DNA of 64,000 nucleotides, taken from Mytilus californianus (taxonomy: Eukaryota). Positions 1 to 12,267 of the stretch are shown here, piece after piece (the first letter of the stretch is position 1; each line of letters opens with the position of its first letter). The DNA lies in assembly GCF_021869535.1 (NCBI RefSeq), contig NW_026262701.1:113708001-113772000 (forward strand). Direction: 5' to 3'. The notes below the pieces were generated by a model, which did not search any database, was not told the origin of the DNA, and was given only the letters and a program-made list of their open reading frames with translations. The position numbers and the translations under genes were made by a program.

Positions 1-413
1 AAAACAACTGCCATTTTCCTGACTTTGTACAAGCTTTTTCCGAAAAAAGGTAGAGAGTTTTCTGATGAACGTGATATTATGTTAATGATTATCGAGGTGT
101 TATAACAACTAACATACAATCTTAATGGTAAACATGCTCTTGTGCACATTTGTACAAGGTTTTTAAGACAGTTGTTTTACAATAACACAATGTAGAACTT
201 CGATACATGCGGGAATTAACTAGTATCTTCTTAATATCCAGTGGCAAATTTATCATGTTAATTAAGGACCATTCAATCAAATTTCTTGGCACCTTTATTA
301 CGAATAAATTGAGAACTTCAAGTCGGGTCAATAAGAATGCAAGTAACTTAAGATATCTAGAGTTTAACACACGGTCTTCAATTTAGATGAGTGTATATTG
401 ACTTGCACAGATC

Positions 414-660
414 GGTGGCCAGGTGGTCTAAGTAGTCGAACCACTGTATCACTAGCCTGTCAACACTGAGGTTGGGAGTTCAAATCCCATTCGTGCCAGG
501 TGTGCTCGACTCCTATCTTAATTGACTAGCATTGTCAGTTTTTCTACCGAAGGTCGGTGGTTCTCTCCGGTCAATCCGGTTTCCTCCACCAATAAAATCT
601 GACCGCCACAAAAAACAAAATAGAGCTGAAAGTGGAGTTAAACACCAATCAATCAGTCAA
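414..660 (+). mobile_element. tRNA-derived SINE with V-domain-like core
   Basis: A-box-like tggccaggtgg and B-box-like gttcaaatcc, then V-type core ggtggttctctccggtcaatccggtttcctccaccaataaa and a caat-type tail. Related copies at 40933-41135, 50231-50451 and 60222-60440. Confidence 0.75.
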
Positions 661-1505
661 CCAAACTTGCATAGACACATAACATAAAAAGAATAAAAAG
701 AGTACATTAATGTTCTAGTGTTCATATTGTACAGCTATTTACTGTTACAGAATTAGCTATTTACCGTATCATCATGGTGATACGGTCTGATTAGTCAGAG
801 GCTGGACGTCTGGAATGTGGTTAATCTGTTAACGGTATCTCATTGGTTATAAATAACATTAAATGGCTGCATCTCAGCTGCTTCCGGGCTGCTTCTGGGG
901 GAACTGAAGGATATCTTAACGTCTGATTGGCTATTATTGAGTTGTATGCGTTATATGTCAACGCGTCCGTAAGTGGGTCGGATAAAAATCATGATAGTAG
1001 GTCATCGGTAGAAACTATAATGAAGTGTTCAATTGCTATCATAATTTAAACCAAATTTAGTTCACGAAGCCCTGTCAATTTGAGCAAATAATATCATTCT
1101 GTGATGATGAAATTTATGTTATCTTGAAATTTTGTTGCAATTTTGGTACAAAGGTGTGTATTTATGGATTATTAATGTTCTTTCAAAAACAAAACAATAA
1201 TACACCTAATCTTCACTTTATAGTGCGTATTGAAACATATTTTGCTATAGTTCTTCATAAACTATAATTTTAAATAGTAAATATACAAAACGTGTGCTCT
1301 ATGATTAAAAATGTTATCCTCGTATTTTCATTGCTTGAACATATTGATTAGAAAATATTCAAATCACGGAATTTACCGTATTGATACGAAGATGACCTTT
1401 CGTTTCCCCGCGCATTCACCGCTTCATTGATTTCTGATGTAAACAAAACAGACAATTGCCGATAAACAGCTGATTAGAAGAAAAGAAAACAAACAAGGTG
1501 ATTAA

Positions 1506-2164
1506 ATGGTTGCGTGTGTGCAAGGAAGCAAACACCAAGCATCACGGTTTAGTTATGGGCAAGGGTTTCAGTGCACTATAGTTTGTTTTTAATGACCCCT
1601 CTACCTGGACGTCTACGACGATAGATGAAATTAAAAAAGGCAGCAATGAGCAATTTGAATTAATATGCCTGAAAACCCAAGATACTTGCAACACAGCGAG
1701 GTCCCAAATGATGTTCGCATGTGGGGTAGATAGTTTAATGTACTCGTACATGATGATTTATTCTTTGGAGTCGTTGTACACCCCAGGCGGATCCAAAAGT
1801 GGGGGGGGGGGGGGGGCTGGGGCCGCCCCTCCCCTTGGTTGATTATATAGGCCCCCGCTTTATGAAAAGTTCTGGATATGCCACTGTACGCAGTGGCGCT
1901 CAGCAGTCATTGTTAATTGATATATCAACAACACTGATAACTGCATTTGACAAATGTTTGATATAGATAAATCCAATTCTAATTTGTTCACATTACAATG
2001 TACAATGTATCAGGTCTTACAAATTATAAGTATATTTCGGCGTGATGATAATTACTATTTGCTTTGATTCACATGCTCGAGATAATAAAGGTTTCCCATT
2101 TTCAGATGGTGCTGCTATTTTGCTAACCTTTTCAAATCTGAATGAGCTGATACTATATGTATAA
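1506..2164 (+). pseudogene. Decayed herpesvirus-tegument-type cysteine protease/deubiquitinase domain (peptidase C76, UL36/BPLF1-like)
   Basis: Manual translation across frameshifts and stops: MVACVQGSKHQASRFSYGQGFQCT...NDPSTWTSTTIDEI...YLQHSEVPNDV...DDLFFGVV...TTLITAFDKC...IISIFRRDDNYYL/FDSHARDNKGFPFSDGAAILLTFSNLNELILY. Contains the G-x-QC catalytic Cys motif and the YxFDSH His/Asp motif. Confidence 0.7.
1779..1886. mobile_element. Short MITE (CAGTGGCGGATCC-type ends) inserted in the DUB pseudogene
   Basis: Ends ca..ggcggatcc / ggatatgccactg with TA on both sides. Removing the element plus one TA restores the frame (GVVV-RSGAQQ). Confidence 0.7.
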
Positions 2165-2970
2165 TCATCAATATACAATGGTGCTGAGTTTAATCTATCG
2201 GCTGTATTTGTATAAGTATTTGTAATATGTAATATTGGCAGATGGAACTGACTATGTAAAGGCTCTAGTTTATGACTTGGATGTGTTAACAATGATGGTG
2301 GTTGATAAGGAAATCCAGATCCAGGATGTTAATCCAAAACCGAACAGGTATTTTACGTATATATATTAGAATTCATCCTCCTGAACATAGTACCCATATA
2401 TAAAAACCATACACCTAATCACTTTATGGAATTCTGTCCCAGCTGACATGAGAATCTGTCCCGCTTCAACCATTGACATCATACTACTATCACTTTTCAA
2501 TTGTGGCGTCAGATATTTTGTATTATGACGTCAAAATTTTACGTGAACCTTTGCAATTGTGATGGCCAGTAATTGCAAACAAATAGCAATAAGTAGGATT
2601 CAAAGCAATCTTTAATAAATCAACTCTAATGAAATATTCTTATATATATATAGATGATCACATGACATCATGAACATAGACGTCGCTTTACTAGTGCCGA
2701 AAATAATTTTTTCAAATGCATCTATTGAAAATAAATTATTGCATGCCTTTCATAATTTCTGCTTTGGACATAACTGAATAACAATGCCGAATATAATGGA
2801 GGCATACATAAAGGTAAATTTCTTTATTTTTCACATAGCATCTGACAGCATTGAATGATACGATATGAATCAGCAGATTTATCGTTGATTTAGAAGTACA
2901 ACGAGAAGTTATATATTTTACTTAGTTGGGTTGGTAACATAACATTTATCTTGTCATTATAATATAAAAA

Positions 2971-3150
2971 AAGAAGATGTGGTATGATTGCCAATGAGAC
3001 AACTCTCCAAAAAAGACCAAAATGACACAGAAATAAACAACTATAGGTCACCTTATGGCCTTCAACAATGAGCAAAGTCCATACTGCATAGTCAGCTATA
3101 AAAGGCCCCGAAATAACAATGTAAAACAATTCAAACGAGAAAACCAACTG
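2971..3150 (+). repeat. Dispersed repeat family (gaagatgtggtatgattgccaatgagacaac...)
   Basis: The same family recurs at ~16060-16270 (+), 17560-17840 (-), 29355-29485 (-), 47300-47660 (-) and 54890-55115 (-). Confidence 0.8.
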
Positions 3151-4894
3151 CATAATCTATGTTTGCTCATCATTCATCATGAAAACGATCAAATTACAAA
3201 CCATTTTAGGAAAGCACTGTGTAAGCAGACATTTCAGGAAGCAACAAGTCTGTAGGCTGACTGTATATTATCTGAACAAGTTCATTTCTTGTCAACTTCA
3301 TAATTATTTCAAACATTTTAATAGATGTCATCCAAATTTGGTCTATTTCTTTTAGCTTAATATTCTTGCTTTTTCAAAGTCATGTTCATTTATTTTTCAA
3401 CTGCGCCCAGAAATATGCGGTTACCTTTAATTTCAGAAAAGGACTTAGGGAAAGGCGATCTTGGTCTCCCTTTTAAAACCTACATTTAATGTTAATGCAG
3501 ACATATTACTTGTTCCAAACCAAACCTTGTCAAGTTTCGGGCCTCCGAGTACCCCTTCTTTCTATAATTCATCCTTCATCTACTTTTGAATTTGTTGCTT
3601 ATTTGTTATTTGGTCTATGAATATCTGTCTATATATTGACAAAAAAGTCAATGAAACCACATCTTGATGGTCCCACAAAAATGTTGATAATGTGTACATT
3701 TCATTTTTTTTTCTAGCTCCTCTCATACAAATGTATGATAGCAGTACCTTTTTGGTCACTATTCTGTGTTGCGTCTAAATATTAATTGTAACACTTTAAA
3801 GTGACTGGACAGGTAAAACAAATACTTCTCAAGAAACAGAAAAAGAAGACTACTTGGAACAGCACCAGACTATGTATGAATAAAAACTCAGATCGGAATA
3901 GCATGGATGATATATTTATACATTTTGTACATCATTGTGAATAAGCAAGGAAAGCTATTAATAATGGTGCATTTTTTTTAAAGTTTATTGTTTTTTCTTT
4001 ATTCATATTCTGTTCGAATTTTCACACAATCTGTCAAAAAGGCAAAACTAACTTTACTGAAACTCAAACAATATGAGAAATGTTTCATTCACCAAAACAC
4101 TCTTGCGATTCTGCAAAAAAAAAATCATGCATGATTTTGTGAATGAAAGGGGAAAGACACAGCGCACCTGAGCATGTCAATTGCTAACTGACCCAATAAT
4201 TTATATATCACGACCAGTCAACTGATACTGACATTATCAGAGAGTACACATCAAAGGAAAAATGCACAAATTACCGATAAATTGTTAAATATGATATCAT
4301 AGAATTAAATATGTTTAATTACAAACAAATGTGTTCTCAATCTTGTCGATAGATATAACAGAATGTCATATCAGTACCAAAGACAACTCTCCATCCAAGT
4401 CACAACTTGTAAAAGTAAACCATTATAGGTTGAAGTACGGTCTTCAACATGAAGCCTTGGTTCACACCAAACAGTAAGTTATATAGTCCATATCAATCAT
4501 GAAAATAAACATAAACAAACAAAACAACTATCGCTTACTAATAATCCTGACTATATGTATTACATGAACTTGTTGCCATCAAAAATGAAAATATAAATAT
4601 TCCAACTAACAAAAGCATATGCTTACACATGCAACCAAATATAAAGCACTAAATGATAATACCAATATGTATATATATATGGTTTCAACAGTTTGTAATA
4701 GCTAAAGTAACGATACAAACACTTTTTTGTTTGTTTTGTGGAATATGATTGTTTACTCTTTATGACAATGCAAGTAGTTTTAACATGCATACTGTGTCTT
4801 GACAGTTATGTAATAGTTAGCAAGGTTATAATCAAGTTGATAAGAAAAACGTATTATTTACTTTTGAGGATTACTGCTAGACAAAATGGACTAC

Positions 4895-5032
4895 CAGTGG
4901 CAGATCTAGAAATTTTCATAAGAGGAGGCCAGCTCCAGTCATGCTTCAGTGATTCACTATATGTATATGATCAACCAAAGTCTTCCCACGAAAGGGGGGG
5001 GGGCCCTGAAAAACTCTCTAAATCCGCCTCTG
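4895..5032. mobile_element. Short MITE, same end type as 1779-1886
   Basis: cagtggcagatc ... aatccgcctctg imperfect terminal inverted repeats with an internal G-run. Confidence 0.6.
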
Positions 5033-5249
5033 ACTACTAGAGTTGGCCGTTCGAATATGAGAATATTACAGCTAAAATACGGCAAGCTTTTTAGAAAAGC
5101 TATTACTTGTTAGTGTTTATCCTTGATTGTGCATTTGTCTATTTTGGATCGTATCCATCATATATACACTGTCCTTAGGGTTATGTTCTAAGCTTCGCCT
5201 TATTTAAACACAGAAATCGGTTGTCTTCTACAAAATTTATACCAAAGCT

Positions 5250-5470
5250 CAGGGAGCTACTATTTGATTTTTATGGGGGGGGGCTAAGATGAAATTAAGA
5301 AAAAAAGGCAGGACGGAAGTTTTGAGTTAAAAAAAAAAGGCAGGATGAGACACTTTGCCAAAAAAAGGCAGGATGACAATTTATGTAAAAAAAAAGGTCA
5401 GGATAAACTGATAATTAAAAAGGCAGGACGTGCGAATAGAGTGAAAAATAAAAATGCAGGACAAATTTTT
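5250..5470 (+). mobile_element. Truncated MITE left end (Kolobok-like) occupying the site of the caspase exon-1 deletion
   Basis: Starts agggagctactatttga (similar to the TIR at 30719) and has aaaaggcagga subrepeats. Replaces B 41370-42360. Confidence 0.55.
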
Positions 5471-5744
5471 TAAAAGAGTAAGTACCAATGAAATGTATAA
5501 TTCTGTTCCACCAGATGGTTTTGTTCGTTTGTTTCCCTATCAATGAAATTATTGTAAATTCCTTCTTAGCTCCATTTGTCCAAGGTTTTTGACTTTCATA
5601 TCTTTTTACTATCATGACGATACATCTCATATATAGGAACGGAGTATATTTTATGGTTAACAGATGACAACACTGGTTATTAAATTGTATTAAAAGACAG
5701 AACAATGCATTGTTCGTAGTGAGAACATCTTATCTTTCTAGTCA

Positions 5745-6500
5745 TCCACTGTTTCCGTGTTATCAATAGAAGAGATTATTTTAGTTGCTTTTCTCAAATT
5801 TATTTTTATGTGTTATGTATACATTCGACAATATATTTGTACAGTTTGTTGGATGGATATTTCACCAGACAGTCGGGGTTCTAATTGGTATACTTTTTGT
5901 GCACCATTGATGGCCAACTTTTGTACTCGTATGAATCAGAATTCAAACAGAACCTTCTCCAAGATAAAAATAAAGAAGAAGAACGTTGCAATGCAAATTT
6001 CTTTAATTTCACTTTCACTTTCAGATAAATTCATATCACTTAATAACCTACATTTTAATAGGCGCTTACATCTCATATATCCCAGTGAACTAGAGATCAA
6101 GGATACTACCGAAACTAAAAGATCTACTTATCTTGATCTTTTCCTCGATATTGGCACATACGGATGCTTTCAAACTGGAATCTTTGACAAACGTGACTAT
6201 TTCAACTTTCCAATCTTCAACAGTAGTAACCTTCCCTATGACCCATCATAGGAAGTTTACCTATGTTAGTTTATATGTTATGCCCGTGTATGTTCACACT
6301 ATACATACTTCATTAACATGACCAAAAAACTACCCCAACAGAACCGACACTTCATAAACTTTATGGTCAGCATCATGACAGATAAGATGTGTCGATGTCT
6401 CAACTCACTATCGGTATGTTTTCGGGGTCCTAGCCTTTTTGGAAACCCAGTATAGTCGTCGGATCTGTTATATTACCGATATTGTCCTATTCATGATGGT
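5745..6500 (+). mobile_element. Penelope-like element reverse transcriptase fragment, decayed
   Basis: Frameshifted motifs DNIFVQF..., APL(M)ANF, IYPSELEIKDTTE, YLDLFLDI, FDKRDYFNFPI. Paralog at 42870-43275 has a ~340-bp internal deletion. Confidence 0.8.
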
Positions 6501-7468
6501 GACATTTTGACAGAGTGAGCATGGCGTGTGATACATACATAACAAAAGACTCTGAGCATGTCGATGCCCCCGGTATCGTTTTATTTGAAGTTCATGCGAT
6601 TTCCTCCGGTTTTGTTTGTTACCTATATTTTTCTCTTGGTAAACTGTTGTTGCATTAATGTATGCCTTTGTACATCATTTATTTCTAAAAAAAATACTTG
6701 TATTTCTCGTCTTGTTGGTCTTTCTGCTTGCGGTTTTATACCTTAAACTTTAATATTTATTTTCAAATACTACTTTATTTTTGTAATATTACTTCATCGT
6801 TCATGATTTATGCAATTATATATTGAGGGTTTCCGGGTAACAGCCTGCTTACTGAGATTATGATAAAACTGTACATCTTAACATCAACTATTGGCTGTAT
6901 TCATGAATGTTATTCCTTCAAGAAGTTGAAAACGAAATATATCTGAAAATATTCCGGTGCGCATGTTACGATGATTCTTCAACATCATGTAAATCTTCTG
7001 GAAAGCATTTATATGTTTATTTAGATTTTTTTAATAATGATGGTACTATATGTTGATATCTGTGGCTATAACAACTTTTAACGTTTTCCTTTTACGATTA
7101 GCCATCTTTAACACAATCTTAGTAGCTTGATTACTTTTAAATAAATAGTCTTGTATACTGATTTAGCATGAAAAAAATTCGTACATTCAACATTTGCCTT
7201 GAATATGTTTTGACTGGAAATAAGATAAAATTGAGAATGGAAATGGGGAATGTGTCAAAGAGACAACAAGCCGACCATAGTACAGACAACAGGTCTATAT
7301 ACAACAGTAAAAAGATTGCTGACTTCCTATCTACCCTTTATTTCTAACAGGAGAAAAATTATAAATACGTTCTACCCAAGATTTACAGTATGACTATTTC
7401 AGTACAACTAAATTATTAATAAAGCATAACTATTATGTCTCAAACATTGACGTATTGTATAATATTAG

Positions 7469-8573
7469 CCGGAAGACAAGAGGAGTTCACTTTGAAATCA
7501 GACTGCTTTGTCTGTGTTATTGCAAGTCATGGAAACGAGCGACCTAGACCTGTTGATGACAAACAGCCACCTGGTTTGTATTTCATAGACCACGGAATAG
7601 ATAATGAACCAGTCGCAACAAAACAGATTGTTAAAAAGTTCTCTGAAGTTTCATCCCTTGAAAATAAACCAAAGATTTTCTTTATTCAGGTAAGTTTTCA
7701 AGAAGATTATATTGAAAACATTAAAAGAAGTATGGGAAAAGCACTAAAAACGATATCGTCTTGTAAATTTTTTTATATGTACAATAATTTTTGTTTATAT
7801 GCGTCATGATTTATTTTTAAAAAACTAAGGTTTCTTTCATACTGTTCAAGTTTTTCGATTGTTTTGTTTTTAACTGACAGTGTTGTGTAAACTATCATAT
7901 AATATGTTCATTCGTTTATCGAAAAGGCTAGAAAAGTTCTTATGGAGACTACTAAAGATCTGGCAACAATACCTATTTATTCTATAACATACAAAAACAA
8001 TATGAAAAATAACAACAACGGACGATGTTCCTTCCTTAAAACGGGTACATTAACATGTGGTAGAAGGGGAAATCTAATTACAACCCTCCCTCTTTTCATC
8101 TAAAGTAGTGGGATAACAAAAGGTATATATAAAACGAAGTAAGGAAATCGGTTCAGAAAAAATAACGAACTCAATAATTAACGGTATAACACGTACACGA
8201 CCAACAAAATTCATTCAAAAAACAAACCGCATCAAAATACAAGATAGAATTTTTTCTTAAAGAGTTTGGTATAGATCCTCTTTTCGGTGTTCTTATGTTC
8301 ATTTATGAATTTAGGTATTTTGTCATTAAGGCTTGTCGTATCAACCCCCGACTGGAAAGATATCTTCTGTAGACCAAGGACATACTTTAAGTGTAGACCC
8401 CTCAAATTTCCAAGACGAACTGATTTTAAAAAATGCAGATAATATTCCGGAACCAAGTTTCTTGGATAAACTATTTGGAAGAAAAAATAATGCAAAAGAC
8501 AAGACAAAGATAATACGTGTTCTTGATCCACCATGCGACGATGATTGCCTCATTGTTTATTCATCTAACTCAG
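7469..8573 (+). pseudogene. Caspase pseudogene (only exons 2 and 3 remain: 7469-7689 and 8331-8573)
   Basis: Exon 2 has SHG and a 9-nt deletion (CVY). Exon 3 begins ACR then has aacccccg versus aacccg in B, a +2 frameshift giving an early TAG. Equivalents of B exons 1 and 4 are deleted. Confidence 0.88.
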
Positions 8574-8742
8574 GTATTTATTGATAAATGTACATAATCA
8601 TATACATTTAAAGTCAAACACAAACATTTTCACATACATGGAAAATTTGCGTAGTTGCAATAAATAGATATAAATACAGTATTTAGCATGGCCAATGTGT
8701 TTTATACATGTACAATCGTTCGCAATCAAACAAACCTGTTCA

Positions 8743-9858
8743 GGGGCCTGTTTCTCGAAGCGCTCTTAGGACTATGACATGTCCTAAGATCATCTTAGCA
8801 CGTATCTTTTACCTAAGTGCGTTTATCAACCATGTCGTAACTTAGGAAAAGTCAAAGGAATCGTCCTTACTTTAGGACACATAAGTAGGTGTCTTAAGAT
8901 GGTCTTAGGATGGTCTTAACCTGAGGATATATTTTATGATGGTTAATATGTAAACAAATACGTCCGCCACCTATATATGGATCCTCTTTTTTCTAAATAG
9001 TTTTCTATTTTCATTTATTTAACGTGTTCTTGCTCGTATCCAAAACATATTGCAAAAGCAGTAATATATATATAAAACACCCCTTTATTTTCGACGTGGA
9101 AAATAAGAATATTAGAGGGCATCGTACGTATACAAAACACATAAAACAAATGTACATAGGTTAAGATATTAAAGAATATTTACCTTAAAAAAAAGTTCAG
9201 AAAAGGGGTCCATTACCAAAGCGCATGTGATCCGTAATGAAATAATTTATGTACTCCGTATTTATATGAAAGATGCATGAGATTTGCCTTTGAACTCTGT
9301 AGAGTATAAAACCATGACACTTCGAATTAAACTCACTCAAAAATACATAATGATTGTTACCGATTGTCTTTTATTAGTTTTCACTGTTACTGCTGTTTAC
9401 AAATAATTTGATTAATTATTATATAAAACGTTGTTACATTTTTTGTGTTTTTGTTTTTATTTCATGAAGTTTGAATGTACCATTATTAGATAAATATTAT
9501 TTCTTTTTTTTTTATGATAAAACTAATAATATTTCTAATTTTTTAATCTTGTAATTATTTAATATTGGTGAAATTCAACGCATTCTTAAACATTTAAAAG
9601 TTTTAAATTCCTATTTTTCTTTACGCTAACACTTAGGACAACGGTTAGGACATCCTTGGGGCATGTTTATCGAAGCTGTCCTATAATCTGTCCTAAGACC
9701 TATCTTAGGAATAAATTAGGATAATGTTAGGACCCACTTACGACATATCTCAGCATGCACATCGAAGCTATCTTAGGACTAGCTAGGATGTCCTAACCGC
9801 TGTCCTAAATGTAAAGTTAGGACGAAACCTATGACTAAGATACGTCCTAAGATGATCT
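8743..9858. mobile_element. Rearranged copy of the 965-bp TIR element (left part plus inverted right end)
   Basis: Left TIR ggggcctgtttctcgaagc at 8743. At 9658 the right TIR appears inverted (ggggcatgtttatcgaagc), followed by the reverse complement of B 46270-46435 and 45515-45600. Confidence 0.75.
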
Positions 9859-10530
9859 ATTTCTATGCAATCTGATTACAATTCAGATCCATCGTAACTC
9901 GCTTTCTCGTCGAAGTATGATCATAACAAAATCACAGATCTATATTTTAATTAGATTATTTTGTATTTTGACAAATTATATTCAGTACAATGCTTTAAAC
10001 ATACTGACACTTATGCCTTGAACATCTCTATCGCATTTTACAGATGCTGGTACCTTTTTAACCCAAGAAATACAAAACCAAGCAGCACACTATATACGTG
10101 TATGCATATATGCAAAAAAAATATCGCATATTTAATGAATGAAGAAATATCTTTTGGCGAATCTGGTACCCTGTCAGTCATCATTTTTTTTTAATCGCCC
10201 TATTTTCTTGTCGGACCATCTCTAAATCTGAATCGTTGCTTACTTTAACCAAAACCTTATAGTGTTTACCTTTCTGAAGAGAAAATGTGCAACATTTTTT
10301 AAAAAGATGTCGTGCACATAAATATTTGCGTCGCTTTGATATAATCTTCTTGGAAACCTTTTTTTTACATTTTCGACCCTTCAAAATTAATGAATTTGAC
10401 GAAGGTATACTTTTGAAAAATCTTGGATAAGATCGATTATTGAAACAGATTCTATTTTTCGCTGGTTATTTAACCTTGAAGCAATTCAAGCTTATTTACT
10501 AAGGATATTTCATCAATAGGAACCAGTTTT

Positions 10531-11847
10531 TGTCGAGCCTGCACTAGGGATAGTGATCCTGCGGCGGCGGCGGCGGCGGCGGCGTTAGCTTACTTCTTAA
10601 AAGCTTTATATTTTAGAAGCTAGAATACCTGGATGCTTCATACTTTGTATACAGATGCCTTATGTTACGAAATTTCCGTCTGCCATATGTCCATTGTCCT
10701 TGACCTCATTTTCATGGTTCAGCGACTACTTGAAAAAAAGTAAACATTTTTTGTAATGTTAATTTCTTTCTTATGATGAGTTATAGGATAACTATATTTA
10801 GTATGTGCGTATCTTGCAAGGTCTTCATGCCCGTCAGACAATTTTCATTTGACCTCGACCTCATTTCATGGATCAGTGAACAAGGTTAAGGTTTCGTGGT
10901 CAAGTCCATATATCAGATACTATAAGCAGTAGGTCTACTATATTTGGTATATGGAATGATTGTAAGGTGTACAGGTCAAACTGATAGGTGTCATCTGACC
11001 CTGACCTCATTTTCATGGTTCAGTGGTCAAAAGTTAAGTTTTTGAATTTTGGTCTTTTTTCTAATACTATATGCAATAGGTCAACTATATTTGGTGTATG
11101 GAAATATTTTATGATGTACATGTCAGTCTCGCAGGTTTTATTTGACCTTGCCTTCATTTTCACGGTTCATTTCTCAGTGTTAATTTTTTGTGTTTTGGTC
11201 TGTTTTTCTTCAACTATAAGCAATAGATCAATTTTATTTGTTGTATGGAAGGATTGTAAGGTGTATATGTCTGTCTGGCAGGTATCATCTGACCTTGACC
11301 TCATTTTCATGGTTCATTGGTCAATGTTAAGTTTTCATGGTTAAGTTTGTTTCTTAGATACTATAAGCAATAGGTCAACTATATTTAATGCATAAATAGA
11401 TTGTACGGTGTACATGTCTGTCTGGCATGGTTCATCTAACCTTGACCTCATTTTCATGGTTCATTGGTCAATGTTAAGTTTTCTTGGTTAAGACTGTTTC
11501 TTAGAAACTATAAGCAATAGGTCAACTATGTTTGGTTTATTGAATGACTGTAAGGTGTACATGTATTTCTCGTTTGGTTTATCTGACCTTGACCTCATTT
11601 TCTTGGATCATGTTAAAAAAAAGTTAAATCACAAAAATACTGAACTTCGAGGAAAATCCAAAACGGAAAGTCCCTAATCAAATGGCAAAATCAAAAGCAC
11701 AAACACATCAAACGAATGGACAACAACTGTCATATTCCTGAGAAGTTAAGTTTATGTGTTACTTGTAGTAAAGCTTTATTTTTAGGACTATCAACATAAA
11801 ATCAATGGTTAGTAAAGAAAGCGAACATTTCAGCGTGTGCTCTCTTG
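10531..11847 (+). mobile_element. Helentron-associated interspersed element (HINE), copy-A-specific
   Basis: Begins after a T-run (tgtcgagcc), has (GCG)8 at 10561-10584 and ~130-bp internal tandem subrepeats, and ends cagcgtgtgctctcttg-tt. Empty T-rich site without TSD in B near 49282. A repeat is nested at 11615-11741. Confidence 0.8.
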
Positions 11848-12267
11848 TTACAAAAAGTATGAATTTCCAAGCGCAAACTAGGGAAATCTCGATAATTGGA
11901 CATTTGTTTAGTCAAACAGTGTATTGTAATAGTCTGACAGATCGTTTATCTTTTTTTTTTTCACGTTTGGACACGATCTCTATTCTGTTATTCAAATGTA
12001 GCGTGTTTGAAGAGACGTCCCCATCATTCATATACAGAATTGTTGTACATGCTATCATCCCACAGCCATACGTTCTTGGTTATGTGGATATCATTCACCC
12101 AAGAGGTTTAGAAACTCCTTCTCGAGGAACCAAAATGTCGTCCCCGTCTAAAATCAATTGAAAAGCTTGTCGGAATAACATCTTTGACACTTTGCAAATT
12201 CTTGTACTATGTGATGCAAACAAGAAAAAGGCAACAAAAAAAAAACCGACTTATAGAGTAATAATTG

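Larger units (their letters stand above)
756..5109 (+). mobile_element. Helentron/Helitron2-like insertion (~4.35 kb), non-autonomous and decayed
   Basis: Absent from copy B (empty site near 41229). 5' hairpin accgtatca/tgatacggt (763-786) overlaps subTIR ttaccgtat. 3' subTIR atacggcaa (5077-5085) is followed by stem-loop agctttt-tag-aaaagct (5085-5101). No clear TSD. Confidence 0.5.

Noticed and set aside
122-400. 82-aa minus-strand ORF or a plus-strand RT-like fragment
   Set aside because: No convincing motif, and the length is expected by chance in AT-rich DNA.
414-500. tRNA genes at A/B-box motifs (also near 35021)
   Set aside because: No cloverleaf can be formed, and they run directly into SINE core sequence.
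3300-3600. Possible LINE ORF2 linker on the minus strand (YRKKGYSEARNL..GRPRSPFPKSF..AKEIDQIW)
   Set aside because: Protein-like, but it has many stops and no diagnostic motif I can name.
5757-6251. 164-aa ORF (and 42912-43307) as a host gene
   Set aside because: They are frame-mixed pieces of a decayed Penelope-like RT lacking an intact YxDD motif.
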